Shown here piece after piece: positions 1 through 11,179 of a DNA stretch of 64,000 bases (the stretch's first letter is position 1; each line of letters opens with the position of its first letter). This DNA comes from Somniosus microcephalus (lineage: Eukaryota). The position numbers and the translations under genes are program-made. The notes below the pieces were generated by a model that worked only from the letters and a program-made list of their open reading frames with translations, was not told where the DNA came from and did no database searches. The stretch is from the NCBI GenBank assembly GCA_052327205.1, contig CM126205.1, positions 258,478,001 to 258,542,000 of the forward strand, given 5' to 3'.

Positions 1-263
1 AGAAGACTGATTGGGGTTAACGGCAAATGCGTCAGGTATCGGTCATAGAAGGATCTGTACAGTATGGTAACCTGAGAACCCGTGTCGAGGATAGCTTTAG
101 TATAAATGCCTTCAATCTGTATTGATACAGCAGAACTCGGCCCTACTAAACCTTCAGGTATGATGTCTTTCATATCCCCTCGTCTATTATTGCACTTAGC
201 GGAACGTGTCTTAACTACAGGGACAGCAGGCCGTTCCGTTACTGTGCCCCTTTGTAGTTTCCC
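1..263 (-). CDS. pol: Pol N-terminus (retropepsin), -1 frame relative to gag, cut by the window edge
   Basis: Manual translation, no stops: GKLQRGTVTERPAVPVVKTRSAKCNNRRGDMKDIIPEGLVGPSSAVSIQIEGIYTKAILDTGSQVTILYRSFYDRYLTHLPLTPISL; the DTG active-site motif is present. Confidence 0.9.
211..263 (-). promoter_or_regulatory. -1 ribosomal frameshift signal: G_GGA_AAC (263-257) plus downstream stem-loop
   Basis: gag ends TCG GGA AAC TAC AAA GGG GCA CAG TAA. Downstream CTACA-AA-GGGGCACAG can pair with CTG-C-TGTCCC-TGTAG. Confidence 0.85.
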
Positions 264-1642
264 GACTTCTTGGTAAGTTTTATGAGACGGTCATTTACTT
301 TTTTTAGATTTTCCTCACCTCTACATTCTCGCTTGAAATGTCCATCCTTTCCACAGTTATAACAAAAGATTCCAGGTCTATCTCCTTCATGGGGATATCC
401 TTTAGAGGAATCATTCATTTTGCTGTTAGACTTCACAGGGTGTTCAACCTTTTGCACCCGTGCGTCATCCCTTTCTGTGTTGGGCTTAGACCGAAAATAT
501 GCCATCTCGGCTCTCGTGACATTTATTTCCTTCTTCAGCTGTTTCATCTCAGGGTTGACATCACCCTTAGGAGTAGGAACTGTAACAGGAGTCACAAGCT
601 TGGACATCACAGCACTCTTTGCTACATTCCGGGCCTGAAGCATATCCTCCTCCTCTCTGACTTCCCTTAGCAGCTCAGTGAAGGTAGGTGGATCTCGCAA
701 CTTATGGGTCATGCGTATGCGAAGAGCAGTCACGTCTTCGAGCAATGCACCTCGCACAACCTGTTCAATGCGGAACCGATTCATTTCGGGCAACTCGATC
801 CCTCTTTTCCGTAACATACAATGCAGCAGTTTGTCTATTCTCAGCAGATAACTGGACAGCTTCTCTCCCTCACACTGGAATGTGCTTCTGAATCTGACCA
901 TCAAATCTGAAATGGTTTCAGTAGTTCCAAAGGCAGTTTCTAGAGCCTGCATGTAGTCAAAGGAAGTAGCAGAGGTGTTCTGCGCCTTTAAGAATCTTAC
1001 AATGTCAGCAGCAGGACCCTTAAGGCTTTCTACTATTCTCTGCCTCTTCACATTGTCACTGCACTGCCATTCCTCTAGCAGAGGCAGGGTCTGCTCAGCC
1101 CAGGCGTCGTACTCCTCTTCCCCACTGGGAGTTGGTCTCACTCCTGAGAACATACAGAGCTTACGGTATCCCTGAGCCTCGAAGGGCAGATTGGTGCATT
1201 TATCCACCAGAGAACTAATGGCACTGACCAACTGAGTGTTCATATCCAGGGCCGAAGGACCTATCAGACCTTTGACATCAGCAACAGTCTTTCCTTCTTG
1301 TCTCAAGAATGACAACAACTTGGTCTGAAACCCTTCTTCTTCCTTAGTAGTAATAGGGACAAACTGAACTGGCCAGGGACCAGCCTCTTCAGAAAGCCCA
1401 ACTGCCTCAGGTAAACCATGACCTCTCAGGTTCTCTGATGTCTGGATCAACACAAACTGCTTCTTGGTAGCTGTATCCAAGCAGCGCTCAACTATCCTAA
1501 CCTTTCCAAAGGCTTTGACACAATTCAGAGCCCTTAGCAAGACATCATCAGGGTCATCGTTAGCAACACCATTCAGCACAATGGCATGGGTAGTAGCTAT
1601 CTGCTTCCGTTTGCACCAAGCTTCAACCTCAATAACATCCAT
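239..1642 (-). CDS. gag: Gag, PNMA-like capsid protein with C-terminal zinc knuckle (467 aa, intact)
   Basis: PNMA-type motifs YRKLCMFSG..P..GEEEYDAW, W..SD..KRQRIVESLKGPA, Q..GEKLS.YL.R, PPTF.EL.REVREEE; knuckle CYNCGKDGHFKREC. Confidence 0.93.
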   Translation of the reverse strand: MDVIEVEAWCKRKQIATTHAIVLNGVANDDPDDVLLRALNCVKAFGKVRIVERCLDTATKKQFVLIQTSENLRGHGLPEAVGLSEEAGPWPVQFVPITTKEEEGFQTKLLSFLRQEGKTVADVKGLIGPSALDMNTQLVSAISSLVDKCTNLPFEAQGYRKLCMFSGVRPTPSGEEEYDAWAEQTLPLLEEWQCSDNVKRQRIVESLKGPAADIVRFLKAQNTSATSFDYMQALETAFGTTETISDLMVRFRSTFQCEGEKLSSYLLRIDKLLHCMLRKRGIELPEMNRFRIEQVVRGALLEDVTALRIRMTHKLRDPPTFTELLREVREEEDMLQARNVAKSAVMSKLVTPVTVPTPKGDVNPEMKQLKKEINVTRAEMAYFRSKPNTERDDARVQKVEHPVKSNSKMNDSSKGYPHEGDRPGIFCYNCGKDGHFKRECRGEENLKKVNDRLIKLTKKSGNYKGAQ

Positions 1643-1733
1643 CTTTTATGCTCAGACAGCCCAGTAGAAACCACAAACCACTCTTAGCAATGAGCATTCA
1701 ATACTGTTAGTTTACTGACATAAATAGACCACA

Positions 1734-1751
1734 ATCCCCGACGAGCCCCCA
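1734..1751 (-). promoter_or_regulatory. Primer-binding site, tRNA-Pro
   Basis: TGGGGGCTCGTCGGGGAT is 17/18 identical to the canonical tRNA-Pro PBS TGGGGGCTCGTCCGGGAT and lies 3 nt after the LTR end. Confidence 0.92.
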
Positions 1752-1754
1752 AAA

Positions 1755-2712
1755 TGTAACCCCTTTTCTCGGTTCTCTAGATATATGTGAGATGTGGTCT
1801 CTGTTGTAGACAGTATTCTATAGTCCAGTAAGGAGATCACTACTACAATGGCTTAATTCTAATGATCTTACTTTATAGTTTTAACATCAGACAGTATAAG
1901 AAGATTACAGGTCAATGAACTAAATTAGACATTTGCATGCATTAGAATGAATCTAGACATAATAAACATACATTCTCCATTTACATGGATTCAAAGGAGA
2001 ATCTGTCCCTGTGTCCAAATTCGAGTGCACTCTTTTGTTGGCGTGCTTAAGTTGGAGCTCATGGTATGTATAATGTCTGCAAGACTTACGACTCCGAACC
2101 CCTTCGTTGAATTCTCTTCTCGATCACTGAATCCCACTTTGAATTCTGGATGCAGAGCACACAGCAGCAGCTGGAGTTGGTGACTCGCTCTCTCTCTCTG
2201 CAGCTTTTCCAAGTAGATCCCCATCAGCACGAGGCAAGCAGCTCTCCCCAGACTTCTGCCTTGCAGATCTGGGTTCAGACGACGATCCCCCGGTACTGGT
2301 GACTTGCAGCCAGTTCAGGATGCAGTGCTACTAATACGAAGGGCGGCGGCCGATTTTGGAAGCCCGGGACGGGATGCGGCAGCCATTTGCCTCCTGAGCC
2401 CTTTTTTTCAGAGCTCCTGCCCTCTTCTCTTCCAGTCGCTCTCTGCAGCTTTTCCCGCTCGAAAAACCCGACTCCACCCCTTCCTCCTGGGGTTTCTGCC
2501 TGGAGACTGCGCAGCCTCACTGTCTGCAACAGTTGATACTGGTGCAGAATTATGGAAAGTATGCTCTTAGTCACATTGTGTCCTTAAAAGTTCTTGCCGT
2601 ACCTTCACATGGGCAACTTTAACCCAGGGATTTATAACAATGATAATACAGTGTCTAAGTTAAAGATTGATAACCATACTTAGCGTACATAACATTTCCA
2701 GTGGGTATTACA
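1755..2712 (-). repeat. 5' LTR of the Gypsy element (~958 bp)
   Basis: Inverted termini TGTAATACCC / GGGGTTACA next to the PBS. The partner LTR is outside the window, so the outer boundary is inferred. Confidence 0.75.
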
Positions 2713-2767
2713 CATGTCTCATTGTGTTTCTATAAAGATAATTTCCAGGCTAAACTCTGCAATGCTC

Positions 2768-2845
2768 CATAGAATCATAGAAATTTAAACCACAGAAGGA
2801 GGCTATTCAGCTCATTGTGTCTGTGCCGGTCGAAAAAGAGCTACT
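2768..2845 (-). mobile_element. Short CR1-type 3' tail fragment
   Basis: (CATAGAAT)n microsatellite tail followed by GGAGGCTATTCAGCTCATTG, similar to the other CR1 3' ends in the window. Confidence 0.55.
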
Positions 2846-4094
2846 TACACAAAATCCCTCATACCCTCTTGCTTCTAAGCCACCATCAGAAGTTTTATTA
2901 CATTGAAGGTGCTGAATAAGTGCAGAAAATTGCTGACTTTTTTTGTGTTTGTTATAAATGGTAGGTTTATTGCACAATGCATTCTCCTGGAGTGTAATTA
3001 CACTGCATTCTTGAAATTAATGCTTGGGTCAATTAGAGGTATGATTCCTGGGTCAACGGTGGGTATTTTCTGTTGCTAGGGACATTTCTGTCTATATTAC
3101 AAATGATTCGCTCTCTTAAGTATTGCGTACATCTAAAGATAAATTTTGTAACATTATCAGTGTCTGATGCCTGAAGTGTGATGACCGAATGCATACTTCG
3201 TGTACACTTTACGTCAGTAGTTGACCATGTGAGAGAAAATTGCTGCTCCAAGACATTTGGGAAATAAATATTTAATTGATTTGTTTGGCAGTTGCTGGTT
3301 TCTGATTGGTAGTTTTGAAAGCATGAGTGATTTGGTTGATTTTTTTGAGTAGGTTGGTGATTTGTTATCAGTGGCTTTTCCTATTTGCATATATTTTACT
3401 GAATCCATTTGGCCAAATTATTAGCAGTTATTATTTGAACAGATCGGGAAGTGTGATGGACACTTTGTGTGGGCGATGCTTGGAAGTATGCACTCTTTTG
3501 CACACACTACTGATGTTCAATGTGTGACTCTTAATTATATAGATAATAATGGTTCTGCTATAATTACATTTTATATTTTTTCATTGAGATACCAAGGTGA
3601 ACAGCCAATCCCCATAATGCAGGACACCACCAACTCTAAAATGAGTAAAGAAAAAAGCAAGGTGAAATGAAAAGTAGTGATTTATGTGACACCAAGCTTG
3701 TGCTTTTTTTTTTTTAAACAAAGAAAGCTTAAAATTGCAGAAAAAAAGAAAAACTGACAAGTAGTTCCACAATTTAAATAGAGGTGTGGAAGGTACTAAT
3801 AGAGAGAGAAATGTTAGTCTAGAGGTGAAAGGAGAAACAATTTCTTATTTTCTGTCTGGGGTGTGAGAGGCATTTAAGAGGATTTTTAAAAATCCACAAT
3901 TTATGCAATGCTGAGGTTTTGTTTGTAGTTGCTTTTACCAGAAAGCAAGGAAAGAAATACAGAAGCCAATTTATTTTGCTACAGTTTTAGTTAGAAATAC
4001 ATGTGCAGCTTTAAAATTAGAAGTGTAGAATTAAAGTGTACCCTGTTGTAACTTGGGCATACTCTGAGCTCCACTTCCACAGGCAAGCCTATTC

Positions 4095-4690
4095 TCATTA
4101 TCAGCTGAAATGTGACCTTAAAAGTGATTATAGATTCTGCTTCCAGCATTGTTTGTGGTAGGGAGGTCTACAGCCTAGCAGCCCTCTGCATTTGTTAAAA
4201 AAAAAAAAAATATTCCTAACCTCTTCGTTTGTTATTTTGGTGATCTTAAATTTAGCCCTTTAATTACCACTTATCGACCAGTGGAAATAGTTTTGCCTGA
4301 TTTAACTTATTAAAAGCTCTCAATGTTAAACACCTCAATCAGATCTCCTCTTAAACTTTTATTTTCCAATGAAAAGCTTCTCAGTCCTGGTGGTATTTTA
4401 ATATCTCTTCTGCATCCTCTCCATTGTCTTGATATCCTTCCTAAAGTAGAGTGCCAAAATTGGACACACTATTCCAATTGGCCTAACCAATGATTTGTAA
4501 AGGTTTAAAATGGCCTCTTTGCTTTAGTACCTTATGAGCCCACATTTTGTTAAGTTATATCAACTTGTCCTCCCACTTCTTAAGATTTGTGCATCTGGCT
4601 CCGAGTGTCTATTTTTAACGTTTAATCACTTGGTGTATATGCCCGCTCCTTATTCTTCCTCCTAAAATGTTCATCACTTTTATCCCATTT
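4095..4690 (-). mobile_element. Old decayed CR1 LINE 3' fragment
   Basis: Diverged match to the ORF2 C-terminal region of the intact CR1 copies (e.g. GCCAAAATTGGACACACTATTCCA = EYCVQFW antisense). Confidence 0.65.
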
Positions 4691-5049
4691 GTTATGCATT
4701 ATTTCAAATCCAATTAATTTTGCTCATGGTTTCTATTGTAGCAAAAGTCTGCAATGTGTGAAAAATAATTTGCAACACCCCCCCCACCCCGAGCTGTTAA
4801 TATATTCTGAAGATCACGCTGTGTAATTATAGTCTGATAATGGGAAATTAGTAGAGCAGACTACAGGATAAATAAGTGCAAGGTCGTCAGATCATTGGGA
4901 CATACTGCGACTGACAAAAGTAATACTGTTTTCCTTTAACAAAAATATAGTGCTGTTAAAGCTTGGGGGAGGATTAAAGAGTGTCACCTGTACATGGATT
5001 AAACTGCTTTTAAACGGACCTTGCACTTGTCTGCTACCCACTTCTATTA

Positions 5050-5130
5050 ACAGCAACAATTTGTATTTATGTAGCGTTTAAACATAGTAAAACGGCTCAA
5101 GTCGCTTCATAGGAGCATTATAAAACAATA
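5050..5130 (-). mobile_element. L2-like 3' tail fragment
   Basis: AACAACAATTTGTATTTATGTAGCG...CATAGTAAAACG..CAAG.CGCTTCA; a similar fragment lies at ~14995-15040. Confidence 0.45.
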
Positions 5131-5374
5131 CTTGACACAATATCGGATAAAGAACTCTTACAGTTCAGTGGTAACATTTTTGAGTGCTTGTCATTCCCAA
5201 TTTATTATGTTTATAAATTAGTCTTTAAGATGTGATGAAATTTCTGTGTACTTGGTGAAATGTTAATTAGGGATATTTACGCATTCCTAAATGATAGGTG
5301 ATCCTTTACCAACCTTACAGAATATATTGAAGAGAAACAGTGGGTGGATAAAGGCAATGTAGTGGATGTGTTTT

Positions 5375-6120
5375 TAAAAAAAAATTCATTCCTGGGATGT
5401 GGGCGTTTCTGGCAAGGCCAGCATTTATTGCCCTTGAGGAGGTGATGGTGAGCTGCCGCCTTGAACCGCTGCAGTCCGTGTGGTGAAGGTACTCCCACAG
5501 TGCTGTTAGGGAGGGAGTTCCAAGATTTTGACCCAGCGGCGATGAAGGAACAGTGATATATTTCCAAGTCAGGGTGGTGTGTGACTTGGAGGGGAACTTG
5601 AAGATGGTGGTGTTCCCATGCACCTTCTAGGTGGTAGAGGTTGCTGATTTGGCAGGTGCTGTCGAAGAAGCCTTGGTGAGTTGCTGCAGTGCATCTTGTA
5701 GATGGTACACACTGCAGCCATGGTATGCTGGTGGTGGAGGGAGTGAATGTTTAAGGTGGTGGATGGGGTGCCAATTAAGCGGGCTGCTTTGTCCTGGATG
5801 GTGTTGAGCTTCTTGAGTGTTGTTGGAGCTGCATTCATCCAGGCAAGTGGAGAGTATTCCATCACACACCTGACCTGTGCCTTTATAGATGGTGCAAAGG
5901 CCTGAGGTGAATCACTTGCCGTGGAATACCCAGCCTGTGACCTGCTCTTGTAGCCACAGTATTTATGTGGCTGGTCAATGGTGACCCCCAGGATGTTGAA
6001 AGTGGGGAATTCAGCGATGGTAATCCTGTTGAATGTCATGGGGAGGTGGCTAGACTGTCTCTTTTTGGAGGTTGCCCGGCACTTGTGTGGCGTGAATGTT
6101 ACTTGCCACTTATCAGCCCC
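5375..6120 (-). mobile_element. LINE 3' fragment (CR1/L2-group, RT C-terminus plus tail), decayed
   Basis: ORF remnants ILGVTID, KAQVRCVMEYSPLAW..AAPTTLKKLNTIQDKAARLI, WNSLPNS; tail GCTGGCCTTGCCAG...CCCACATCCC then an AT run. Confidence 0.85.
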
Positions 6121-6329
6121 ATATAGATTTTTTAAATTTTTTTTAAAGCAATTGCGTTATGGTGAAGATAATGACACATGGGATCAAGTTCCTTAGATGA
6201 GGGCAGAAGCAAAGGGTAGCAGTAGCCAGATGTTTCTTGGACTAGAATGATTTGGTAAGAGCTGCTCAGGTTATATACTTCTGAATTACCATGTATCTAG
6301 ATAAAGAGAAAATAGAAGTCGCCGGCATG

Positions 6330-7745
6330 GATTTCAAAAGGGACGATCGTGCTTGACATAACATTTTTTGAGGAGGTAACTGATATGGCAATTGGGGGAA
6401 GTGTAGTAGATGTAGTCTACATGGACTTTAAGGAAGCTTTCAACAAGGTACCACGTTGGAGATTATTAGAGAAGAATAAGGTGTATGAAATTGTAGGAGC
6501 ATAGTAAACTAGATTAAAAATTGGTTAGAAAACAGAGAATAGGAGTTAAGGGCAGTTTTTCCACAATAGTTGGAAGTGGTGTCCCGTAGAGTTTAGTTCT
6601 CGGGCCACTTCTATTCACTGTGTATATATCAATGATTTAGATAGAGGCCTAGAGGGAGTGATGTTGAAATTTGCAGATGATGCCAAAATAGAAGCTTTAG
6701 TTAGTTCCTTAGAAGACAAAGGAAACCGCAATGGGACATTGTTAAGCTGGGGGAATGGGCTTAGAAAGTGACGGATGTCAGTGTGAGGTGATGCATTTGA
6801 TTAAAAAAAACACAAATTATACTCTGACTGGAAATAAACTCGGTACTGTGAAAGAGTACATGTTCACAGGACAATAAAGAAAGTACCTTGGATTAAAAAG
6901 GCTTTAAAACAGCTATTGGCATAGCATATAAAAGCCAAAAAGTAATGATGAGCCTATATTAAACTTTAAAACCTCAGTTAGAGCACTACTGTATTTAAAG
7001 TCATGAAAGAATGGAACAAGTTAGGTAGAACTTGACTGTTTCCAAGAAAGAAGGACCATCTATACAAAATTTAATGCAAGAGATTTAGAACAAAGTGGAA
7101 AAGAAAGACTTGCATTTATATAGCGCCTTTCATGACCACCGGACGTCCCAAAGCACTTTACAGCCAATGAAGTACTTTTGAAGTGTAGTCACTGTTGTAA
7201 TGTAGGAAGCCAATTTGCACACAGCAAGCTCCCACGAACAGCAATGTGATAATGACCAGAAAATCTGTTTTTGTTATGTTGATTGAGGGATAAATATTGG
7301 CCAGGACACCGGGGATAATTCCCCTGCTCTTCTGCAAAATAGTGCCATGGGATTTTTTCCATCCACCTGAGAGAGCAGACAGGGCTTCGGTTTAATGTCT
7401 TACCTGAAAGACGGCGCCTCTGACAGTGCAGCACTCCCTCAGCACTGCACTGGAGTGTCAGCTTAGATTTTTGTGCTCAAGTCCCTGGAGCGGGACTTGA
7501 ACCCACAACCTTCTGACTCAGAGGTGAGAGTGCTACCAACTGAGCCACAGCTGACAAACAGTAACTTCTTCAGACAGACATTTGTTGAGGTGGAAAATAT
7601 CAACATTTAAGATTAGATTGGGTAGGCAGATGAAGGAAATGGGGTTGAAGGGATATCGGAACATGCCGGGTAAATGTGATTAGAACTATTTGCTTGTGTA
7701 GAGGTTAAATGCTGACATGAACTGGCTGGGCTGAATGGTCGAAGG
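6330..7745 (+). mobile_element. Old decayed CR1 LINE, interrupted by a SINE
   Basis: Degenerate RT motifs DVVYMDFKEAFNKVP, SGVP, KFADDAK; CR1-type 3' end at ~7560-7745. Confidence 0.8.
7101..7552 (-). mobile_element. tRNA-derived DeuSINE (SacSINE1-like), full length
   Basis: Head GCTGTGGCTCAGTTGGTAGCAC..GGGTTCAAGTCCC (A/B boxes), Deu-like core GCACTGTCAGAGG..GTCTTTC..GATCCCATGGCACTATTT, tail GGCGCTATATAAATGCAAGTCTTT. Confidence 0.88.
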
Positions 7746-7793
7746 TATTTTATGTATTTCTATAAGGATAGAATCTCCCATCAGTTGCTGGTA

Positions 7794-8511
7794 CAGTCCC
7801 TATCACTTACACCCTCCCCACTTATCCCAGACAGCTGCCTATATCTGGCAAATGGTGCTAACTGTTTGCCATTGCCATAGGTCAATTACAAAGGCAGTTC
7901 AGTAGCTGTTAAAATCTCATGACTACCTATCTTTAAAAGTCCTAATCCCCTGCGCACCCTGCCCTCCACTGGTGCCCTCTAGAACACCTGCCACTGCTGT
8001 GAGCCCTTCTGTTTTAAACGACAGCCATAATCCATTTTAAAATTAACATGTCAAGTAAGGTGAGCGAGCAGACGCGGCCGTATAATGCACCCGCTGACAC
8101 ATACTTCCCTGCGGCACACACTGAACCTACCACTGGCCACGTTCAAATGTTCAAATCCTCCTCCAGGTTGAAGCGATGCTCCTTCCGAGGGCAGGCTCCC
8201 TTTGCCAGAACCACAATCTGCCCACTGGGATACTCCTTTTAACCGGTTCGGAATTGCATCCTCCACCAGGGCACGAGCCGGGAGCGAGGATTTGTGGTCA
8301 AATTCCAGTCTGTCGAGAAACTCTGGGCCTCGGTGAATCCGGCCTCTGGATCTTGATTCTTGGCATTCCAGGGTGGGTTCAGGTGCCCGACTCACGCGCC
8401 CAGGTTCGTGTCCATGGTTTTAAATAAATTGAATTTGGTTACACCGACCACCGCATATAGCGGGCAAATTGCATTGATACCAACGCCCCCCGCTATAAGC
8501 GGTGGGGACTG
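7794..8511. mobile_element. Non-autonomous pogo/Tigger-like DNA transposon
   Basis: Imperfect TIRs TA|CAGTCCCTATCACTTAC ... ATAAGCGGTGGGGACTG; CpG-rich interior with no credible ORF. Confidence 0.55.
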
Positions 8512-8907
8512 TTAACTGCATCTTGAGGATTTTGGACTGAAGCATAGATTCTGATTTAATTTGTCGTGCTGCTGCTATGTTGTAAGATGATCCTTACATG
8601 GGGTAAAAAGAAAAAAAACTAAACTAAAATAAAAACAAAATCCTAGAAATAAAAGCAGATCCATCAGTATTTGTCAAAAGAAATTATGGATTTAAAAAGT
8701 GGGTGCACACCCTTTGTCAGAATTGAGATGTAATGATGCAAAACGTGAATCCGTCTTTTTCTTTACAGGATACTGGCTTCCTGTACACTCAATCTTGCAA
8801 ATTCACTCGTTGAATCATTCTGTATGTTTGCCATAATTACTCTATAGAATAGCTTCTAAATTGCAAAAAAATCTCAATTATTGCAGTCATCATTGATCTT
8901 TCTCTGC

Positions 8908-11179
8908 TAGGGTTGCAAAGGGGTGGAAAGTTTCCGGGAAATTTCCGGAAATTTTCCACGGGAAGTTTAGCTTGGGAATTTGGGGAATTTTGCCCAAAAA
9001 AGCACATGCTAGCATAATATTGTTTTTTTTGTATTTCTTTCTTTTTTTTCCCCCCACAGGTCCTCTCTTTAAAATTACTAACAGAGATGGAATCTTAATT
9101 ATTAAGGAATTCTTAATCAATATATGTTTATCTTCTTACTTGGCTTGTTTTAATAATTACAAGTTTTGTGTGTGACTGAACAAATGTGTCCTGATTGGTT
9201 GGATAAGTGGATGAGCGATTAGCTCCCTCTATTTGTAATATTTGCATATCGAATTGTGATTGGCCTGCAGGTATCTAAGACTGCTATAGTTTTTTTAAGA
9301 TCCAGGTTAGGGGTCCTGAGGGAAGTCATTTTGTTTTCTGCTGATGTTGTGATGATGCAGTAAGTAAATCAGACTTTATACCAAATAAACCAGTTACTTG
9401 TTGAACTCTGTTGTCCTTCAATTTAAAACATACAAAATAATACACTATTGGTGATGTAGCGTTGTGTGTGTACAGGTCATGCTTCCATCACATGGAGCAT
9501 CAGCAAAAATGTACTCACCCTGTTGCAATCGTGCTGATCGACCGCAGTTCGACACAGAGATGAATGCCCTTTATTTCTCTGCATAGAACAATGCCACGTT
9601 TACCGTCAGATGTGTGGAAGCATTTTACCCCAGGCATTAAAGATGGAAAGACTGTGTACATATGCAGACACTGTAGAAAGCCATATGTAAAGAATGCCAC
9701 AAAGATGCAGCAGCATTTATCCAACGATCTTGGATCACAAAAGGTCTTTGCAGTAGTTACTGACAATGCTGTGAATATGAAGTCTGCTTGGGCTCAAGTG
9801 GAGGAGGCCTACCCTCATATTACGTCTATTGGGTGCGCAGCTCATGGGCTTAACCTGCTCCTCAAGGACATCATGGGTTTGAGAACCATGGAAGCACTGT
9901 TCAAGAGAGCCAAGCAAGTTGTTAAGTATGTCAGGGGAAAACAGATAGTTGCAGCAACCTACAACTCCAAGCAAATGACGAAGAACAAGAACACCACACT
10001 GAAGCTGCCCAACAACACTAGATGGGGTGGTGTTGTCATAATGTACAACAGCCTTCTGGAGGGTAAGGAGTCGTTGCAAGAAATGGCAATATCCCAGTCT
10101 GGGGATATGGAAACCACCATCAAGAAAATACTGCTGGATGATGTGTTTTGGGAGAGAGTGGTTAGCAGCCTTAAACAACTATCACCAGTAGCATCTGCAA
10201 TTGCTCAGATTGAAGGAGATGACGCTGTCTTGTCAGATGTTCTCAGGCTTTTTACTGATTTAAAAGAACAAATCAGCATTGCCCTACCCACATCCCTGCT
10301 GCTCAAAGCAGAGGAGAAGGCAATTGTTCAATTCATACAGACGCGTCAAGAATTTTGTGTCAAGCCGATTCATGCTGCAGCATACATGCTGGACCCAAAG
10401 CATGTTGGGAGACCAATACTTTCTGGAGAACAGATCAACAGCGCTTACAGTGTGATTTCTACCCTCTCACACCATCTCAATCTGGATGTGGGCAAAGTTC
10501 TGGGAAGTCTGGCAAAGTTCTCTACCAAGCAAGGTCTATTGAATGGGCACGGGATATGGGAATCATGCAAGCATATCAGTGCACATACCTGGTGGAAGGG
10601 ACTTTGTGCACCTGAGGCCCTGTCACCTATTGCATCGGTGATACTCCAAATCCCACCTTCATCAGCGGCCTCTGAACGAAACTGGTCACTTTTTGGGAAT
10701 ACGCATACAAAGGTGCGCAACAGGCTGACTAACGAGAGAGTGGAGAAACTGGTGGCTATCCAGGCGAACCTACAATTTATTGAGCCAGATACAGAAGTGT
10801 CCACCACACAGCTAGACACTGACACAGAGGAGGAAATGGACACATCAGAGCCAGAGTCAGAGAATCAGGAGGAGCAATGAGGAGTAGAAGACTCAAAGGG
10901 ACAAAATAAGGACAAATTACAGGCTAAATAAGCTGACGCTCTTTTTATTTTATTGTAGATGGGTCTTTTTTGTGGGGGTTCAAAAAAGCTCAAAATTATA
11001 ACCTAAATAAAGTTTTGAAAGCCTGTTTTTATTTGTATGGAACAGTATGTCTATTTTGACGACAAAGATAATATAAGGGTCAGAGACAAAAACCATCAGT
11101 GTGCAAAAAAACTCAAAATTCCCGAAAATTCCCATGGAAAGTTTCCTCTTTTAAAAATTCCCAGAATTTTGCAACCCTA
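8908..11179 (+). mobile_element. hAT DNA transposon, internally deleted, both ends intact
   Basis: TIRs TAGGGTTGCAAA / TTTGCAACCCTA; perfect 8-bp TSD TTCTCTGC (8900-8907, 11180-11187); subterminal GGAAA/TTTCC arrays. Confidence 0.97.
9591..10880 (+). CDS. hAT transposase with in-frame internal deletion (partial BED finger + C-terminal catalytic part + hATC dimerisation domain)
   Basis: VWKHF..CRHC..MQQHL is fused directly to VVTDNAVNM; CAAHGLNL, TRW, AAYMLDP, WW and SSAASERNWS motifs follow. The ATG at 9591 follows a splice acceptor (TTTCTCTGCATAG, 9586); donor GTAAGT at 9360. Confidence 0.88.
   Translation: MPRLPSDVWKHFTPGIKDGKTVYICRHCRKPYVKNATKMQQHLSNDLGSQKVFAVVTDNAVNMKSAWAQVEEAYPHITSIGCAAHGLNLLLKDIMGLRTMEALFKRAKQVVKYVRGKQIVAATYNSKQMTKNKNTTLKLPNNTRWGGVVIMYNSLLEGKESLQEMAISQSGDMETTIKKILLDDVFWERVVSSLKQLSPVASAIAQIEGDDAVLSDVLRLFTDLKEQISIALPTSLLLKAEEKAIVQFIQTRQEFCVKPIHAAAYMLDPKHVGRPILSGEQINSAYSVISTLSHHLNLDVGKVLGSLAKFSTKQGLLNGHGIWESCKHISAHTWWKGLCAPEALSPIASVILQIPPSSAASERNWSLFGNTHTKVRNRLTNERVEKLVAIQANLQFIEPDTEVSTTQLDTDTEEEMDTSEPESENQEEQ

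Larger units (their letters stand above)
1..2712 (-). mobile_element. Ty3/Gypsy LTR retrotransposon with PNMA-like Gag, 5' part (continues past the window start)
   Basis: On the minus strand, in order: LTR (TGTAATACCC...GGGGTTACA), tRNA-Pro PBS, 467-aa gag with CCHC knuckle, slippery site, then aspartic protease LDTGSQVT in the -1 frame. Confidence 0.95.

Noticed and set aside
239-1642. Domesticated PNMA host gene
   Set aside because: LTR, PBS and an in-frame protease show it is the gag of a retrotransposon.
3589-3670. Possible host exon (YQGEQPIPIMQDTTNSKMSKEKSK)
   Set aside because: Weak splice signals and no similarity to ARL6IP6 or any protein I recognise.
8048-8427. Overlapping ORFs in a CpG-rich patch suggesting a small gene or CpG-island promoter
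   Set aside because: Lies inside a TIR-bounded non-autonomous element and has no protein motifs.
8769-8840. Strong acceptor followed by GYWL, superficially like the start of the ARL6IP6 penultimate exon
   Set aside because: Lacks the conserved FDSFEPGMFPPTPLSP block and hits a stop codon.
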